Source of the DNA: an uncultured Verrucomicrobiae bacterium
Lineage (GTDB): Bacteria; Verrucomicrobiota; Verrucomicrobiia; Limisphaerales; Palsa-1400
NCBI GenBank assembly: GCA_963702845.1
Contig: OY969763.1
Span: 2,880,001 to 2,944,000, forward strand
Direction of reading: 5' to 3'
DNA length: 64,000 nt
Shown here: in pieces, positions 32,544 through 43,800 of the stretch
Layout of the letters: the number at the start of each line of letters is the position of its first letter
Numbering within the stretch: the stretch's first letter is position 1
The notes under the pieces: generated by a model
What the model saw: only the letters and a program-made list of their open reading frames with translations
What the model was told of the DNA's origin: nothing
Databases searched by the model: none
Translations under genes and position numbers: made by a program

Positions 32544-35444
32544 TTATCGAGTGTTTTTATTTTCAAGCAAACGCGCAGTTTTAACCGTTTCAATCATTCG
32601 CCGAAGATCGAGCACCGATTTATGTTTTGAGCCGAAATGTTTCACATAAACTCTCTCTGTCCGAAGAAAATACTTCTCCGCATCATTGTATCGGTTGTTT
32701 TCCAAGTAAAACATACCCAAATGCATTAAGTCTCTTCCTACCTCTAGGTTATCTCGTCCGAAGACTACCTCGTCAATCGCAAGCGCCTCCGTCAGACATT
32801 TTTCAGCTGCCGAGACATTGCCGAGGCCGGCTTCCGACGTGCATAGATTCACTAGATTTTTTGCATACTCGTGCGTTTTGCCAAAGCACGAGTAATTGAT
32901 TGAAAGCGCCCGCTCGAAAACGTGCTTAGCTTCATCATAGCGCCGTCTCGCATTTAAGACGCGCCCCCAATTGTTTAACGTCGCGGCGATCGATGGATCA
33001 TTTTTCTGTCGAGCTGATTCTTGTATTTTGAGCGCCGAACGCAACAATGGCTCAGCTTCATCGAATTTTCCGGTATCAAGAAACAAAAACCCAAGATTGT
33101 TCGCATCACGTGCGACGATCGGATGAGCGTCACCATAAACCGTTGAATCGATTTCCAGTGCGCGGCGATAGAGAGATTCAGCTTCTTGCCATGCAGCAGG
33201 ACTTTCGCTTTCGACTGCCTGTTGGTGGCGGCAATATGCAAAATTCCCGACTACCGTGGCGAATGTCGGGCTATCGCTACCGAGTTTTTCTTCGAGTGCT
33301 CTGAGCGAGGTGCGAAGAAGCGTCTCCGCATTATCGGAACGATGGGTGCGGATTAGGATTAAGGCCAAGTTATTTAACACCGAGGCAAACACAATCGGAT
33401 CTTCAGGGTTGTTCCTACCCATAAGATCAAGCGCTCTGTTATGTAACTTTTCACCCTCGCAAAAATTTCCTCTGCTGTCGTAAATTTGCGCCATCATCGT
33501 GAGCGCTTTTACTGTAAGACTTCGACCTTTACTCGACGAAGCAACGTTTGCTTTGACGACTTGTTCACAAAGACGCTCAGCCTCCTCCAATTGACCAGCC
33601 TCAAGCAAAACCCACGCAAATGGTATTTGGTAGGTCGCCAAATCTAACGTTTCGGTCACGGAACCGTTTTTTATTTCAAGGGCCCTCCTTAATAACTCTT
33701 CTGCAGATTGAAACGCTCCGATTTCATAATAATAGACTCCCAAATACCCCTTTATATCCGCAATTACCGACTGGCCTTCATCCGGCAGGTGTTCTAATAC
33801 TGCATTGATCTGCGTCGCAAGATTGCTCCAGCCGAAATCTTCACGGTCTTGAATGTCGCCGGCAACTTTTGCGAGAAGCGACGCTGCGAACGCAGCCCAG
33901 TTCCTTCGTGCATCCGGCGTTAGTCGGTCAAGCAGCACAGCCTGGAGCAACCGGTGACAAGCCAAACCTTCAGTATCCAGCCTGATAAGCGAATGGCTAT
34001 GTAACTCAGCCAGGGCATCGCTTACAGTGCCTTCCGATTGCCCGAAAAAAGCAAACCCAAGAGAGTCACTTAATTGACGAAAATCTTTTATGTCCTGGTC
34101 AAATATCTCACGCGGAATCTCTTGCGGTGCTAAGAAGCCAATGACCTGAAGTAACGCCTTTGCGCAGGATGATATCCGCTCTTCGGAAACCAACCAAGTA
34201 GTCGCAACAGTTTGCTGGTATCCCGTCCCCCCCTGACTAGGAAACATAAGAATGCGCGCGCGAGAACGCTTTAATTCAGCCAAGTACTTATTAAGCGGTT
34301 CGCGGTGGGTTGCAATATACGCTCCAGCTTGCTCCAGCGCCAACGGCAAACACCCCAATTCGGTTGCGACGGCACGAGCGTCGACGTCATCACCAGGGTT
34401 GAACGCCGTTTTTTTCGAACGGCTCAATAAGAAATCAATCGCTGCTGGTTCAGGTAGAACGCTCACTTCGAAATCGGTATAGGTTACTGGCCAATTCGCC
34501 CTTCTTGAGGTCACGATCACATGTCCCCGAACATCAGGCGGAAGTAGGTGTGCAACGGCAAGACGCGTATCGTCGGTATCAACGTTGTCCAAAATCAACA
34601 GCCAACGTTCTTGTGATCGTAGCCATTTTATAACTTCACCGATGACTGAATTCTGTCCCTTGGCATCGACAGGCAACTCCAAAAGCATTGCCAAGTTTGC
34701 AATGCCAGCGCGTAGGTCAATTACCGAAGAACCGTTTACCCATAAGCCAAATTCGTAGTCTTTGTTATACCGCCACGCATATTCGATAGCCAATTGCGTT
34801 TTCCCAACACCGCCCAGACCATGAACGGCCTGAGGCTGAGTAATTGCGGCTGCACTCTTCAACTCGAACGCGGCTCTCAAACTTTGAAGTATCTCTTCAC
34901 GTCCCGTGAAAAACGGGTTTGGCGCAAATGGCAAGTTGTTCAAAAATCGTCTGACAGCGACAGCACCAGGAAACGGAGGACGAGAAGTTGATTGACCAGG
35001 AAATGGAGGTTTTGAACCGGGCTTTAAACGTTTGCCGGATACAGCAAAATCGATGGAAGATGTCAGCTTCTCAGTCGCTTCAACTTCGTTCAAGCCGACC
35101 AAATCTATGTAAACTATACTTTTAAATAGTCCCGGCGGACTAAAATCAACCACTCGAACCGTAATTAAATTTGCTACAGCAGATTGAGGATCGGTCGCAA
35201 ATGCCGCCGCCCATTCCGGTTGGCAGAACGCCGATTCAAAATATTGAGGAGTTAGCACGGCAATGGTCCGATTATCTTTCGATGCACCCGCCTGCATCTG
35301 AATTATAAAATTGGTGCCCGGCGTGAAGTCCCAATCCTGAAGTCGCACACTGTAACCATTGTGCTCCAAAACCCACGCAATCCACGTTGCCCATTCCGTG
35401 TCTTTGCCGCTGCGGCTAATGAAAAAATCTCTTCGATCTTCCAT
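32544..35444 (-). CDS. TIR-NB-ARC(STAND)-TPR protein (NLR-like)
   Basis: TIR: DFFISRS...QDWDF.PG.NF...AVLTPQYFESAFCQPEW; NPFFTGRE; Walker A GLGGVGKT; Walker B LLILDNVD; IVTSR; GCLPLAL; HRL; kinesin-light-chain-like TPRs (LNNLA, AEPLLRSALKI). Confidence 0.93.
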   Translation of the reverse strand: MEDRRDFFISRSGKDTEWATWIAWVLEHNGYSVRLQDWDFTPGTNFIIQMQAGASKDNRTIAVLTPQYFESAFCQPEWAAAFATDPQSAVANLITVRVVDFSPPGLFKSIVYIDLVGLNEVEATEKLTSSIDFAVSGKRLKPGSKPPFPGQSTSRPPFPGAVAVRRFLNNLPFAPNPFFTGREEILQSLRAAFELKSAAAITQPQAVHGLGGVGKTQLAIEYAWRYNKDYEFGLWVNGSSVIDLRAGIANLAMLLELPVDAKGQNSVIGEVIKWLRSQERWLLILDNVDTDDTRLAVAHLLPPDVRGHVIVTSRRANWPVTYTDFEVSVLPEPAAIDFLLSRSKKTAFNPGDDVDARAVATELGCLPLALEQAGAYIATHREPLNKYLAELKRSRARILMFPSQGGTGYQQTVATTWLVSEERISSCAKALLQVIGFLAPQEIPREIFDQDIKDFRQLSDSLGFAFFGQSEGTVSDALAELHSHSLIRLDTEGLACHRLLQAVLLDRLTPDARRNWAAFAASLLAKVAGDIQDREDFGWSNLATQINAVLEHLPDEGQSVIADIKGYLGVYYYEIGAFQSAEELLRRALEIKNGSVTETLDLATYQIPFAWVLLEAGQLEEAERLCEQVVKANVASSSKGRSLTVKALTMMAQIYDSRGNFCEGEKLHNRALDLMGRNNPEDPIVFASVLNNLALILIRTHRSDNAETLLRTSLRALEEKLGSDSPTFATVVGNFAYCRHQQAVESESPAAWQEAESLYRRALEIDSTVYGDAHPIVARDANNLGFLFLDTGKFDEAEPLLRSALKIQESARQKNDPSIAATLNNWGRVLNARRRYDEAKHVFERALSINYSCFGKTHEYAKNLVNLCTSEAGLGNVSAAEKCLTEALAIDEVVFGRDNLEVGRDLMHLGMFYLENNRYNDAEKYFLRTERVYVKHFGSKHKSVLDLRRMIETVKTARLLENKNTR

Positions 35445-35659
35445 CGTTTATGTATCGTGCAGGCGACAATACCGTTTAGCAAGAATGCACGCCGACGAAT
35501 TTTACGAAACACATCGGGCGGCAGTCACAGATAACGGGCGGGGCGCTGGGGCAACCGACTCCACCCCCAAGGTTGCTTCCTGTGCCCACATGGCAGTGCT
35601 TGCGTTGTTTCCACTCAGACCAGTAGGATTTGCCCGGCAGCTTGCAACCAATATCAGCT

Positions 35660-37440
35660 ATGGCAAAAAAGACGAACAACAAGCGGTCAATGACGCCATT
35701 ATGGGTCATTGCCTCATTCGTTTCGCTGACCGAAATCGTAATTGGAGCGGCAGCAACGCAGACAACCGGTGAAATACAATCCCTGTTCACCAAGTTCGCT
35801 ATTGGTTTTCCTTGCGGTATCGCGTCGGCATTTTTTTTAGTTCTTTGGACCAAGCCGTACGTATTGTATTCCCCCACCGAATTCGGACCCAGCCAAGACG
35901 TCGAGAAATTTGTCGATGCGATGAAAGGCCTTAAAAGGAATTCGGAAATCGACACGTTGAGCGTCGAAGAGGAACGTGGGGTGTCAACAGGCGTGAATGC
36001 GACGGAGTCCAAACCGAAAGTCGAGACAAACAAACCGCAAGATGACAGTCGAGAAACCGATCCGGCACAACCGGAGTTACAATTGGATCATAGAACCAGG
36101 GTAGACTTCTATTTTTTCCTCGGCGATCTCGAGAAGGCCAAAAAAACTTTCGAGGAACTCCAAGCGGCGACAAAGGACCCAGAGTTGAAGATTGAGCATG
36201 AGGCATATTACTTACGAAACTCCTTTGAGAAGGGTGATGAAACGGCGTTAAAAAGCCTCCATCAGCTAGAGCTCAGGACCAAGGAATTCCCAACGAAGGT
36301 CGGCCTGATAAAGCGAATGCAGGGCTATTGCTATATGTTTTCCCGGACGTATAACTGCGCATTTGAATGTTTTAGCGAAGCATCAAAGCTGTGCGTGACA
36401 GCTGCGGGCCGCGCAGAGAGCGCTTGTTTAGCAGCTTCAGCGCTTTATAAACAGGATCAAAAACCCGAAGCGTTCAACTTCTTACGCCAACACTGCGAAA
36501 CCTCTAATGACGAAACCGCCAAGGTTGAATTGTACCGCGGATTAGCAGGCCTTTACGAGCTTGATGGTAACAAGCTCGCTAAGTGCCTCGCGTTGCTACG
36601 AGCACTGTCTTTTAGGCCAAATTCGAAGATCTAAGTTTTGATACAGCTTACGCCTCGGAAGAAGCAGGGTTCAAAGAACTTTCGGTTCTTTATTATGACA
36701 CAGTCATCACAATGGATCGCAAGCACGGCGCTGCGCTAAATAATTTGGGAGTTGCATACGCAAATTTGAGTGCACCGATTCTCGCTGTAGCAAAGTACAA
36801 AGCATCATTTGAGCACGGGAACACGCTCGCTGCTTCAAATCTAGCGTATATTTTGATTGACGCTGGCGATATCGAATCGGCTGCTAAAATTCTGGAAGAA
36901 GCCCAAAAGGATAAGCGTGTTCATGAAAACGTCAGGCACGCTTTGGTTAAAATCGAGGAGCTACGCCGCGAGAACGACGAAATCAAAACCAAATGCCTAA
37001 CTTATGCGGCCAAATTGAGCGAAGTTCTTCTTCAATATTCTGATGCATTTTTTGTGGCGAAACCTGCACATCTGAATATTGTTGGAACATGGGCAAGTGA
37101 AGACGGAAATCCGACTGAAATATCGTTCGACCCCACGAAGAACGTGATTGAGATTAAATGGGGTGAGGAGTTTTTAGTGGCCGGCGTAGCTACGGAAAAG
37201 TATCGCGTTCGCGGAACGCTTGAGGGATTAGCATCGAAGGCAGCAGTCGAATCGTGGACATTTTCCATTCTAGGCAGTGCTTCTTTTTTTGGAACTCCGA
37301 GCTCGGCCAAAGAGGAGTCGTTTAAACCATACGGAAATGCCTTCGTTTGCGTGTCGACAGATTCCAGCACCGTTAAAATTTTCCTAGAAAAGACTGATAG
37401 CCGACAGATTCGCACGATAACCCTAGTGAAGAAGGCGTAA
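35660..37440 (+). CDS. 2TM + TPR + C-terminal beta-rich domain protein (one missing base near 36630)
   Basis: Two N-terminal TM helices ending LYSPTEF; adding one base joins the ORFs (PNSKDLSFDTAYASEEAG...AALNNLGVAY), giving continuous TPRs. Confidence 0.78.
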
Positions 37441-37589
37441 CGCAGTTTACACCCGCCGAGAGGCTTTCGGTTGATACAAGCGATAGCCGCACCGTAGCAG
37501 AATTGCTGGAAGAATATCGGACAGGGGTCAGTTAATGGCATTGTCATATTACCCAGCTCTTGCTCGTCGGTTTTTCACTCGAATTCCTT

Positions 37590-37811
37590 TTACCGCGCTC
37601 GGTGCGGTTCGCGTTTCATTATTAGGTCGTCGTTGAAAATTGTCACGATTTGGTAACCGTCCTTCGCCAAAGAATTCAAGGCAAGGTTCATGTAGAAAGC
37701 GCGTTCGTCGCAGCCGTCGGGGCGTTTGACGCTCTTTAGCTTGGACCAAATAAATTCGACTTCTCCACCGGGGCGAATCAAATGCATGTTTTCGCGGTAC
37801 GGATATTCCAA
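37590..37811 (-). pseudogene. Fragment or small hypothetical protein
   Basis: RENMHLIRPGGEVEF...DERAFYMNLALNSLAKDGY looks protein-like and recalls a small verrucomicrobial family, but lacks an N-terminus/signal peptide. Recognition is from memory only. Confidence 0.45.
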
Positions 37812-37862
37812 AACAATTCTAAAAACTGGATGGTGAAAGTTTTAGTGCGTGCATGCCGGCGG

Positions 37863-40280
37863 TTATTGAGGCGCGGTGACGTAGAAGCGACGCGGAATAC
37901 TTCCGGCGTTCGGGTCGGTGAATTGCACAATGGAGTTGGCTGCGGTGGCGGTGCCGATATTGACCCATGATCCGGACAAGAGGTTCGTGGAAGCGAACAG
38001 CACGTAGTTGCCGCCGGACGTGCCGGTGGCAGTGACGACTGCGCTGGTGCTGATGCGCGAAACGCTGAGGATGTCGTCGAACACAAAACGGTAGACCGAG
38101 CCACCGCCGCCGGGTCCGTTCGCCGAAGTAGTGCCATACAGATTGCCGTCCGGCCCAAAGATCGGCGGGCCGAATGGCTGTATGCCCGTGGCCGCAGTGT
38201 AAGCACTCAGGATAGAGCCTACTCCATTGGTCGAGCAGCGAAAGAGCACGCCATCATAGAGCGCATCGTATAGATAACCATCCACACCCGCGACGAGACT
38301 GCCAAATTGTTCGTTACCAAAATTGTTGGGGAACGCAAACACCGAGGTCAGCACCCCGTTCGTCGTGACCCGATAAATGCGCCGGGAGTTGGAAAAATTT
38401 CCAAAGCCGCCACCGTAAAACGCGCCATCAGCGCCACGCACCAGTCCGCCGCCGGGCTGGTAGCCATTGGTCAACATGAACGTGGCCACGGTATTGAATG
38501 CGCCGTTGGTATCAAAGCGGAAGATGGTGCCATTGCCATTGGTGCCGCCCGCAAAGCAGGTGCCGTACATAAAACCATCCCCGCCATCGAGCAAGGTGCC
38601 CTGCGGATTGGCGCCGTTGGTGGTATAGAAGACAAACAGCGTGGCCAAAGTAAAATTAGTGCCCGCGGGGTTGAGCCGGAAAACTGTTCCCTGACCGGAG
38701 TTGGTGCCGCCGTATTCGGTCGTCCCATAGAGGAGGGAGTCCGGACCGACGGCCAGGCCGCCGATGGGAGTGCCGCCATTGACGCTGTTGGTCAGCGTGA
38801 CAATCGTGCGGAAACCGCCGTTGGTGGTAACGCGGAACAAAGTGCCGACGTTTCCACCACCACCGCCGGAGGCCGATCCATAAAGCGCACCATCAGTGCC
38901 CACGCAGAGGCGGGCGAAGGGATTGATGCCGTTTGTCCCGCCAAACGTGGCTAACTGCGAATACGCGCCGGTCATCGTGATTCGAAATACGGTGCCGGCA
39001 TCGCCGGGCCCACCTAGAAAAGTGGTCCCGTAAAAAGCTCCATCTGGCCCGAGGGTGAGTTGTGATTCTGAATCTGCACCACCACTGATCAAAAATGGAG
39101 CGATCGGTGTGATCGAGCCATTCACAGGAACATTGTAAAACATCCCTTGGTTTGCGCTGCCGCCATCGGTCGTGACGCCGTAGAATTTGCCGTCGTTGGC
39201 GAGCGTCAGACCGCTGCCGGGACTGGAACCCTTAGCCAGAGAACTAAAGGTGTCCACGAGATGAATGACGCTATTGCTAAAAGTAGTGGTGTTGACGCTG
39301 AGCTGAAACACAGAACCGTCTCCCCCCGCGCCGGTCAGGCTCGTGCCGTAAAAATTGGTGCCGGAAAGCAGCGTCAAACCGCCGCGGGTCACGCCAGTGG
39401 AGTTAACGAAGAAAAAACTGGCGAGCACATTAAAACTGCCATCGGCGGCAAGGCGAAACGCGGTGCCTTGGTTATCACTGCCGCCGGATTGCAAGGTGCC
39501 GTAAACCGCACCATCACTGCCGAGCGTGAACGTGTTGCCCGGCACGGTGCCGACGGTATTGGTCAGACCGACAAGTTGCGTGAATGCACCGGCAGGTGTG
39601 ATGCGATAGAGTGTGCCGGCATTGTAAGCACCGGCCCCGTTGGCCGGCCCCACCGATGTGCCACTGTAAAAATTATTGTCCGACCCGAGGCACAGGGCTG
39701 TGTTGGGATTTGCGTTGGTCACGCCGAAAGAATAGAGCGTCGACAACGACCCGCCGGTGGTGATGCGAAACACCGTGCCTTTGCTGTTCACGCCGCCGTT
39801 GAACGTGGTGCCATAAAGCGCGAGGTCGGGCCCAAAAGTCAGACCCGTTTGGGGCGTTGCGCCGTGTGTGTTGTCGAAGGAATAAAGCAGCTTCAAAGCA
39901 CCGCCAATGGTGTAGCTGAAGACGGTGCCAAATCCGCCGTTGGTGCCGCCGATCTGCGTCGTGCCGTAGAGGGTGCCGTCCGAGCCCTGCACCAAAGTGC
40001 CCAACGGATTTGCCCCATTGGTCGTGAAAAATGAAGCCATGTTCGTCATCACTCCCGCCGGGGTCGCTCTATAAATACAGCCTTTGCCACCATCGCCGCC
40101 ACCGGGAGCCGTGCCGTAGAAATTGCCGTCCAATCCCTGCAGCAAACGCCCCTGCGGTTTTTCCGGACCGAGTTCAAAGGCATGCACCACCTGGATTTCG
40201 GCGCGCGCCAATACCGACGGTAATAAAAATAAACTAGCGATCAAGAGTGTCGTCTTTGGCGTCATCGTCCTGAGCATCAC
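37863..40280 (-). CDS. Choice-of-anchor GloVer tandem-repeat (TIGR03803-like) secreted protein
   Basis: More than ten repeats of GANP...L..G.DG.LYGTT..GG....GTVFR; signal peptide; ends RRFYVTAPQ. Confidence 0.9.
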   Translation of the reverse strand: MMLRTMTPKTTLLIASLFLLPSVLARAEIQVVHAFELGPEKPQGRLLQGLDGNFYGTAPGGGDGGKGCIYRATPAGVMTNMASFFTTNGANPLGTLVQGSDGTLYGTTQIGGTNGGFGTVFSYTIGGALKLLYSFDNTHGATPQTGLTFGPDLALYGTTFNGGVNSKGTVFRITTGGSLSTLYSFGVTNANPNTALCLGSDNNFYSGTSVGPANGAGAYNAGTLYRITPAGAFTQLVGLTNTVGTVPGNTFTLGSDGAVYGTLQSGGSDNQGTAFRLAADGSFNVLASFFFVNSTGVTRGGLTLLSGTNFYGTSLTGAGGDGSVFQLSVNTTTFSNSVIHLVDTFSSLAKGSSPGSGLTLANDGKFYGVTTDGGSANQGMFYNVPVNGSITPIAPFLISGGADSESQLTLGPDGAFYGTTFLGGPGDAGTVFRITMTGAYSQLATFGGTNGINPFARLCVGTDGALYGSASGGGGGNVGTLFRVTTNGGFRTIVTLTNSVNGGTPIGGLAVGPDSLLYGTTEYGGTNSGQGTVFRLNPAGTNFTLATLFVFYTTNGANPQGTLLDGGDGFMYGTCFAGGTNGNGTIFRFDTNGAFNTVATFMLTNGYQPGGGLVRGADGAFYGGGFGNFSNSRRIYRVTTNGVLTSVFAFPNNFGNEQFGSLVAGVDGYLYDALYDGVLFRCSTNGVGSILSAYTAATGIQPFGPPIFGPDGNLYGTTSANGPGGGGSVYRFVFDDILSVSRISTSAVVTATGTSGGNYVLFASTNLLSGSWVNIGTATAANSIVQFTDPNAGSIPRRFYVTAPQ

Positions 40281-40485
40281 CGTATTTCAACCCTTATACA
40301 ATACACAACGCGCGCTAATTCCGTTCTGGCCGCGCAACGACGTGAAGGAACTAGTCGGGAATGTTGCTTGGTGGAGGTCGAAAAACTTTTTTGACGGAGG
40401 TATCCCCATAAACATGGGCGATTTTAATGTAACTGGGCAGGTGCGAAGGCGTTGCTCCGTTTCAGAGCCATTTTATTACACAACG

Positions 40486-40513
40486 TTGACACGCCGTAAC
40501 TTTACTCTATAAT
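40486..40513 (+). promoter_or_regulatory. Consensus sigma-70 promoter
   Basis: TTGACA-16 nt-TATAAT, about 300 bp upstream of the CDS at 40811. Confidence 0.75.
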
Positions 40514-40810
40514 CCCTTCGGCCGCTGGTCCTTACCGGCACTGGGGACCCGTTAAAAATGTGCAACTTACCCCCGTTCGTTCTTTGAAAACCGTAATAAA
40601 AGTGGGACTTAAACCCCACCAAAAGTGAGACAATGTGCGGGAATGTGGGGCAATGTGCGACTTTCCCGCAATATTTTCAGTGCGCATTGCGAGGCCGACG
40701 TTCGGCGCGAGGCGGACGTTGGCGACTACCCTAAAAAAGGGAGGGTGATTTGGGCATCGCGTAGCTTGTGACTGTTTTGGCTATCCGATAGTCTGCGGAT
40801 TCGAAACCCT

Positions 40811-43800
40811 ATGCGTTTGCTCATCACGGTGGCTTGTCTGCTGCTCGCGCCATTTGCGCAGGCGCAACTCGTTGTGGGCGATAGTTTCAATGTGACGGGG
40901 TCGGGAACGGGGTTTTCTCTCAATACGGGCATCAATTCTGGAATTAATCCGCCAACGACGCGGTTGACTGGAAGTGCCGCGCCTAATTTGCGTTATCTCT
41001 CCACGACGACTCGGGCTAACTCAACGTTTAGTATCACTTCCAACAAAGTGCGCGTGACGTCGGATGCGACTGCGGGACGGTTTGTGTTGTCGGCTGATGG
41101 GATTACACCGTTTAACTTCGCGTCGGCGCTGGCAACAGCAACGGCGACGCCACAGAATCCTGTGGTCTATGATCTAACGATTTCGATGGCGAATAACTCG
41201 ACGGGTGTTGCGCGCATGTCGTTTGGGTTCGGGACAGCCGAAGGGGATGCGACGACGTGGGATTTTGGGATTCAACTTTTTGCGACGGCGGATACGGACA
41301 CTTTTTATACGATCGGGAAAAGGATCGATAAGAAGGCGTGCGGCCTTGCGACGGATATAAACACTTTCATCACCAACACTGCGCCCGGGACGTTCGGGAC
41401 TGAAGTGGCGTTGCTGATGCGGGTGACTGATGCTGGCCGCGAAACGAATTCGTATCACTCGCGCGTGCAGCTTTCTACCGATGGCGGTTTCACGTGGTTT
41501 TATGACACGGACACTGATCCGGATTTGCCAAATGGATGGCGATTGAATGGGACTGGGCGTTATATCATGTGTGACATTGCTCCGAATGCTGGGCCGGTGA
41601 CGTATGATGATTTTGCCCTGAGGCCGGTGCCGGTTTCGGCGACTTTGGTTCCATTTGCTAATGCGACGAATGTGACTGCGCAGTTGAAAGCGGTTGTGTC
41701 GAACACTGCTCCCGGAAATCTCACGGTGACTTATTACGGCCGTCAACCGGGGAAACCATTTCCCGGGCCGGACTTTATGATCGCTGCCTTACCGGATACG
41801 CAGAACTACGCGCGGGAGTCGTCGAGCATCGGGGACGCAAAGAAGGAGATGTGGTTTGCGCAAACGGAGTGGATCATCACGAATCGGGTGGCGTCGAATA
41901 TTGTCTACGCGGTGCAACTCGGCGATTGCGTGAATGATGGTGACATTTTTAACGGCGCGAATGACACGACGCAGTGGCGCAATGCCACGAACGCGATGTG
42001 GCGGCTGGAGTCTCGTTCACGCACGTTGCTCAATAACGGGATCCCATACGGCGTGGTCGTCGGCAATCACGACCAGGAGCCAAACGGAGATCCAGACGGC
42101 ACGACGATCAATTACAATTTATATTTTGGTGAAGATCACTGGGCTGATAAGCCGTATTACGGCGGGCACTTTAGCACTAATAACGATAGCTGGTTTAATT
42201 TCTTCAGCGCCGGCGGTTTGGATTTTATCGTGTTGTCGTTTGAATTTGACCGTTATGGCTCGACGATCATGCAATGGGCGCAGGATGTTTTGGCAACGAA
42301 CCAAAATCGGCGCGTGATCGTTGCGATTCACAACGCGGGTTCGGACGCGACACCGGTTGATTTCAGTGAGCAAGGACAGACGATCTACGACACCTTGAAG
42401 TTGAACACTAATTTCTTTTTGATGCTGGCGGGACATCGGTTTGCAAATGATGGCGAAGGTTCGAGGTCGGACACGTATCAGGGCAGAACGGTGCGCACGT
42501 ATGTTTCCGATTATCAGGGGCGCACGAACGGCGGCGATGGGTTGATGCGGTTGATGCGGTTTTCGCCGAGTAACAATCTGGTGACGATCGCGACGTATTC
42601 CCCGTGGACGGGGCAATACGAGACTGATGCGGATAGTAAAATGTCATTCAGCTATAACATGCAGCCGAACGGGGCGGGCGTTGCGCCAACGCCATGGGTG
42701 GCGATTGCGACGAATAGCGGCGTGGCACCGGGCACGACAAACAGTTTGGTGTGGAGTGGATTGCAGGCGGGCAAGACGTATGAATGGTATGTGAAAGTGA
42801 CGGACAGTTCAGGCAACTCGATCACGTCGCCAACACAATCGTTTACCACGGATACGGCCGGTTCCATCAATCTGGCGTTGCCGGGCAACTCGGACTCGTT
42901 CGTTTCGGTGCCGTTTGTCCGGCCCGCAGCGGCTTTGGCTACCGTTGCTTCCGTGTCTGGAAATACTATAACTACATCCGGCACGTGGACGCCGGGACAA
43001 TTCGTCTATAGCGCCGGTGTCCAAACCAATACTTATTACGCGCGATTCCTCACGGGAGTGTCGGCCGGCAAGATATTACCGATTGTGACAAATACGGCGA
43101 CAACGGTTGTCGTCACGTCGCCTTATGGTTCACCAGCTTCAGCCGGAGCGGGCGACCAATTTTCCATCGAACCGTATTGGACGCTCGGCACGGTGTTTCC
43201 CAATGGGGCCGGCATTAACGTGTCGCCGACGAGCGGGAATCGAAATACTGAAATCCTCGTGCCTGACTCGTTGAGTGCGGGAATCAATCTTAGCGCACCT
43301 GCAATCTACTTTTTCAACGGCGGCATTTGGAAGCAGGTCGGGAAAGGCAATAGCAACTTCAACGATGCCACCCTCCCGCCGAACGCGCACTTTATTGTTC
43401 GACATAACGTAGCGACAAATACCACATTGACTGTCGGGGGCCTGATTGTGTCAACGCCGTTGGCGGTGCCGTTGCGATCTTCGTCAACAAATCTTCAGGA
43501 CAACGCGGTGTGTTTGGCGCGACCTGCGGCGGTGACACTCGACGCGTCACAACTGATCAGCAGCGGTGCGTTCGCTGCCAGTCCCCTGCCCGGCACGCGC
43601 ACGGATGAATTGCTGACGTTCGACAACAGCGTCGCGCAAAAGAACAAATCTTCGTCAGCTGTTTACTATTACTGGAGCGGTGCCTGGCGGCGTGTCGGCA
43701 GCGGCTCCTCGGACGTCGGCGCGACGACGGCATTTACCCCGGGAACAGGCATGATCATCCGCAAGAATACCAATTCAGGTTCGCCAATCTGGCTGACCAC

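Noticed and set aside
32544..37589. Integrative element or transposon carrying the TIR island
   Set aside because: No integrase, transposase, tRNA target or terminal repeats found at both edges; only composition and flanking gene fragments suggest acquisition.
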